Assembly (NCBI GenBank): GCA_965205425.1
Contig: CBDBGZ010000008.1
Span: 96,001 to 160,000 of the forward strand
Reading direction: 5' to 3'
Length of the DNA: 64,000 bases
Origin: Nitrosopumilus sp.
Lineage (GTDB): Archaea > Thermoproteota > Nitrososphaeria > Nitrososphaerales > Nitrosopumilaceae
In this document: in pieces, positions 61,217 to 64,000 of the stretch
How the letters are laid out: each line of letters starts with the position of its first letter
Numbering within the stretch: the stretch's first letter is position 1
Position numbers and translations under genes: made by a program
The notes under the pieces: model-generated
What the model was told of the DNA's origin: nothing
What the model saw: the letters and a program-made list of their open reading frames with translations, nothing else
Databases searched by the model: none

Positions 61217-62527
61217 TTATGAATTAGTATCTTTCTTGGATGATTCCCATTTCTCATCAATCAGTCTTTCCAATCTATCAAACCTACGGTCGTTTTCTTG
61301 TTGTTTGATATTATTTTGTTTTTGCATATCTTCTTTTTCTTGTTCTGAAATTTTTAATTGTTGTTTTAATTCCTGTAATTCTTTTGTTGGTAAAGAAATT
61401 GGATTTGAGTAAAGGGTAAGTCTTTGATCTACAGATTCATAATAAATCTCCAAATCCATTCTAGATTTACCCTCATATGCTTTGTTTGAAGGATCACTTT
61501 TACCCATGAATACTCTTTTGATATCAGTAGGCACACCACATGCATCACATACATCGTTGAATAATTTTCTAAATCGTTTAGGTCTTAATGGTGATTGTTT
61601 TGAAAACCTCAAAAACTGACATGGTTCATTTTTAGATGCAAGAATTTTTTCAAACCTTGATGCAGCATTTCGAAAATTTCTAGCCAAACTGTGAGGATCT
61701 ATTGCTTGGACATTTATGATATCTCTTTCTGGATCAAATTTTCTTTTATTTTCTTTACTAAATCTTCTTCTAAATTCACTTTTAGATTCTACAAAAATAG
61801 GTTCTGAGTCCACTGCATCTTTTCTGTTTAGACTCACATAGTTTTTTAGTAATTTTGTTGTTTCCTTGGTAAAAAAAGTACAGACAATTTCTTTCGTTTT
61901 TTGTCTTGTATATTTTATGAAGATTCTCTGACTGTTTTGATCTTGTAGTCGAACTAAATATAATGGTAAATTCAACAAATCACCTGAATCCAAGCCACAA
62001 TCTTTCAGACATAATGCAATAAGTTTATCTCTCGGAGATAGACATTCAAAAAAATCTTTCAGGAATTCTTTTCTGAGTTCTTTCTTTTTTACCGTTTCTC
62101 CATTCTCTTCTATCTCTATTATGTGGAATAATGGAACAGCATCATCAGAAAACTCAACTTGTGATGGATCAGGTTTTGGTGCTTTGATTTTTTGTGTATT
62201 AATATCATTATGAGAGTAAAAACCACGAATAATTCTATACGATGCATGTAATGAAGTATAAAATGTCTTTCCTTTCTCATCTTGCATCCAATTGAAAAAA
62301 TCAGATAATCTTTCTTTAACTACATGTTTTCCAGCTAATGCCTCTTCAATTATGGCATCAGGAGTTTTTTGTGTATATTCCAGAAACAAAGGCATGTAAT
62401 TTTCAATTGCTTGCTCAGTCTTTGGCGACATTCTTTGTCTGTGGGAACCATAAACCAGTCCTTTCTTCCATTTTTTTACTGCAGTATAATCACGCCAGTT
62501 CGAAAGAACCTGTTTGTTTTCAGACAT
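61217..62527 (-). CDS. Tyrosine-recombinase-like integrase of element 2 (non-canonical active site)
   Basis: IRGFYSHN, LSPRDK, CGLDSGD, RQKT, KRFRK, FMGK, AY; adjacent to attR. Confidence 0.8.
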   Translation of the reverse strand: MSENKQVLSNWRDYTAVKKWKKGLVYGSHRQRMSPKTEQAIENYMPLFLEYTQKTPDAIIEEALAGKHVVKERLSDFFNWMQDEKGKTFYTSLHASYRIIRGFYSHNDINTQKIKAPKPDPSQVEFSDDAVPLFHIIEIEENGETVKKKELRKEFLKDFFECLSPRDKLIALCLKDCGLDSGDLLNLPLYLVRLQDQNSQRIFIKYTRQKTKEIVCTFFTKETTKLLKNYVSLNRKDAVDSEPIFVESKSEFRRRFSKENKRKFDPERDIINVQAIDPHSLARNFRNAASRFEKILASKNEPCQFLRFSKQSPLRPKRFRKLFNDVCDACGVPTDIKRVFMGKSDPSNKAYEGKSRMDLEIYYESVDQRLTLYSNPISLPTKELQELKQQLKISEQEKEDMQKQNNIKQQENDRRFDRLERLIDEKWESSKKDTNS

Positions 62528-62568
62528 ATCAAGATTATGGGCTCAGAAGTATAATAGGGTACATTGCA

Positions 62569-62590
62569 ATTCACATTAATTTTAAGTAGG
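62569..62590 (+). repeat. attR core of element 2
   Basis: Identical to 46241-46262. Confidence 0.9.
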
Positions 62591-62611
62591 GCACGAAAAT
62601 CAGATCAAATC

Positions 62612-63394
62612 ATGGTATCAGGAAATCAAATTAGACTTAATCGAATTCTCAGAAAGGGAAGAATGTTATGTATTCCAATGGATCATGGCATTTCAAATGG
62701 ACCCATCGAGGGCCTTGAAAATCCAATAGATACAATTTACAAATGTGAAGGACATGGTCTCACAAGTGTCATTATTAACAAAGGAATTATCAAAGCATTA
62801 CCCAAACCAACCAAAGTAGGAATTTTAGTTCATTTTTCAAGTAGTACAGCATTATCATTATCACCCAATCGAAAAATGCTAACAGGAACTGTAAAGGAAG
62901 CAGCTGCATTGGGGGCAGATGGAGTTTCATTACACATCAACATTGGAGGTAAAGAAGAACCAGAAATGTTAGAACAACTTGGAATGACGGCAGATCAATG
63001 TCACAGATGGGGAATGCCACTTTTAGCAATGATGTATCCTAGAGGAGAGAATATCAAAAACCCACATGATCCGGAAATTGTTGGACATGTTGCAAGAATT
63101 GGAGCAGAGTGTGGAGCAGATATTGTTAAGACATTATACACTGGAGATATTGATTCATTTGCAAAAATTGTAAAGAGTACACCAGTTCCAATTGTCATTG
63201 CAGGTGGACCTAAAGCAAAAACAGATTTGGATATTCTTCAAATGACTGAAGATGCTATGACTGCAGGAGCTAAAGGAGTTACATATGGTAGAAACATCTT
63301 TGCACACAAAACACCTGAAAAAATGGTAGAAGCATTAGCCGATATAATTTTTAGAAAAGGAACAGCAAAGGAAGCAATGAAAAAAATTGAGTAA
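62612..63394 (+). CDS. aroA': 2-amino-3,7-dideoxy-D-threo-hept-6-ulosonate synthase
   Basis: PMDHG, MMYPRG, GADIVKT, AGGPK, GRNIF; adjacent to DHQ synthase II; start set at ATG 62612. Confidence 0.88.
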   Translation: MVSGNQIRLNRILRKGRMLCIPMDHGISNGPIEGLENPIDTIYKCEGHGLTSVIINKGIIKALPKPTKVGILVHFSSSTALSLSPNRKMLTGTVKEAAALGADGVSLHINIGGKEEPEMLEQLGMTADQCHRWGMPLLAMMYPRGENIKNPHDPEIVGHVARIGAECGADIVKTLYTGDIDSFAKIVKSTPVPIVIAGGPKAKTDLDILQMTEDAMTAGAKGVTYGRNIFAHKTPEKMVEALADIIFRKGTAKEAMKKIE

Positions 63395-64000
63395 AACAAG
63401 AGAATTAATAATTTCACCCAAAGTGTCTCAGGCACAATTAGCTAAATTTCTTCCCCAATTAGAAGACGAAGGGATTAAGATGGTGTATCTTGATCCAAAA
63501 AAACTCGGGAAGAAGAAATCAAAACTTCAAACAGTATATCCATCAAGTTCAGCAAACTATGTGGTTCTTGAAAAAGATGGACCAAAACCAAAGGGCAAAA
63601 AAGTTGGAAGGAAATTTCAAATATTATCAAATTCAGATATCGACAATGTTCTCACTATTGCCAAAAAAGGATTAGATTTTGTAGTTGTGGAAGTAAAAGA
63701 TTGGAAAATAATTCCTTTAGAAAATATTATTGCAAAATTACATAAAATTCACACAAAAATATTTGCCATTGCCAGAACCCCTGAAGAAGTACGAAAAATG
63801 TTTTCAATTTTAGAAGTTGGGGTAGATGGAGTCATCTTTAGCACATCAACAATAAACGAAGTTAGAGAGGTCATGATATACTTGGGAACCAAGAGTTTTG
63901 ACATGAAACCAGCAAAGATTACAGAAATTAAAGAAGTTGGGGATGGAGAACGAGTTTGTGTAGATACAGCATCAATGCTTCACAAAGGAGAAGGAATGTT
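63387..64000 (+). CDS. aroB': 3-dehydroquinate synthase II (runs off the window)
   Basis: DWKIIPLENIIA, LEVGVDGV, GERVCVDT. Confidence 0.92.
   Translation, partial: MSKTRELIISPKVSQAQLAKFLPQLEDEGIKMVYLDPKKLGKKKSKLQTVYPSSSANYVVLEKDGPKPKGKKVGRKFQILSNSDIDNVLTIAKKGLDFVVVEVKDWKIIPLENIIAKLHKIHTKIFAIARTPEEVRKMFSILEVGVDGVIFSTSTINEVREVMIYLGTKSFDMKPAKITEIKEVGDGERVCVDTASMLHKGEGM

Larger units (their letters stand above)
46241..62590. mobile_element. Integrated element 2 (ICE-like, about 16.3 kb, IS-riddled)
   Basis: Exact 22-bp direct repeat ATTCACATTAATTTTAAGTAGG at 46241-46262 and 62569-62590; integrase at the right end; VirB4/VirB11-like genes inside. Confidence 0.9.

Overview
AT-rich archaeal chromosome segment whose core genes (tuf, rps10, rpo12, FBP aldolase/phosphatase, DnaJ-ferredoxin, 3-hydroxybutyryl-CoA dehydrogenase, mqnC, aroA'/aroB', PINA) point to a Nitrosopumilus-like ammonia-oxidising archaeon. 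It is heavily invaded by insertion sequences (ISH3, IS481, IS5, IS630, IS1595) and two MITE families, with many truncated genes. Two tyrosine-integrase elements can be delimited by exact direct repeats. Element 1 (6990-14175, 18-bp core) carries a replication ATPase, a palindrome-rich putative origin, a toxin-antitoxin pair, PII, Lrp and Zn-finger microproteins. Element 2 (46241-62590, 22-bp core) carries VirB4- and VirB11-like ATPases, pilin-like genes, AbiE and a decamer array. Both sit in divergent promoters rather than tRNA genes, and both have inverted arms flanking the core. Other highlights: a 36-bp duplication enclosing a 37-bp insert in a response-regulator gene (CRISPR repeat-spacer geometry, no cas genes in the window) and a Ser-like long-arm tRNA with a Phe (GAA) anticodon. 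All alignments and coordinates were read by eye. Family calls rest on motif recognition, not database searches.
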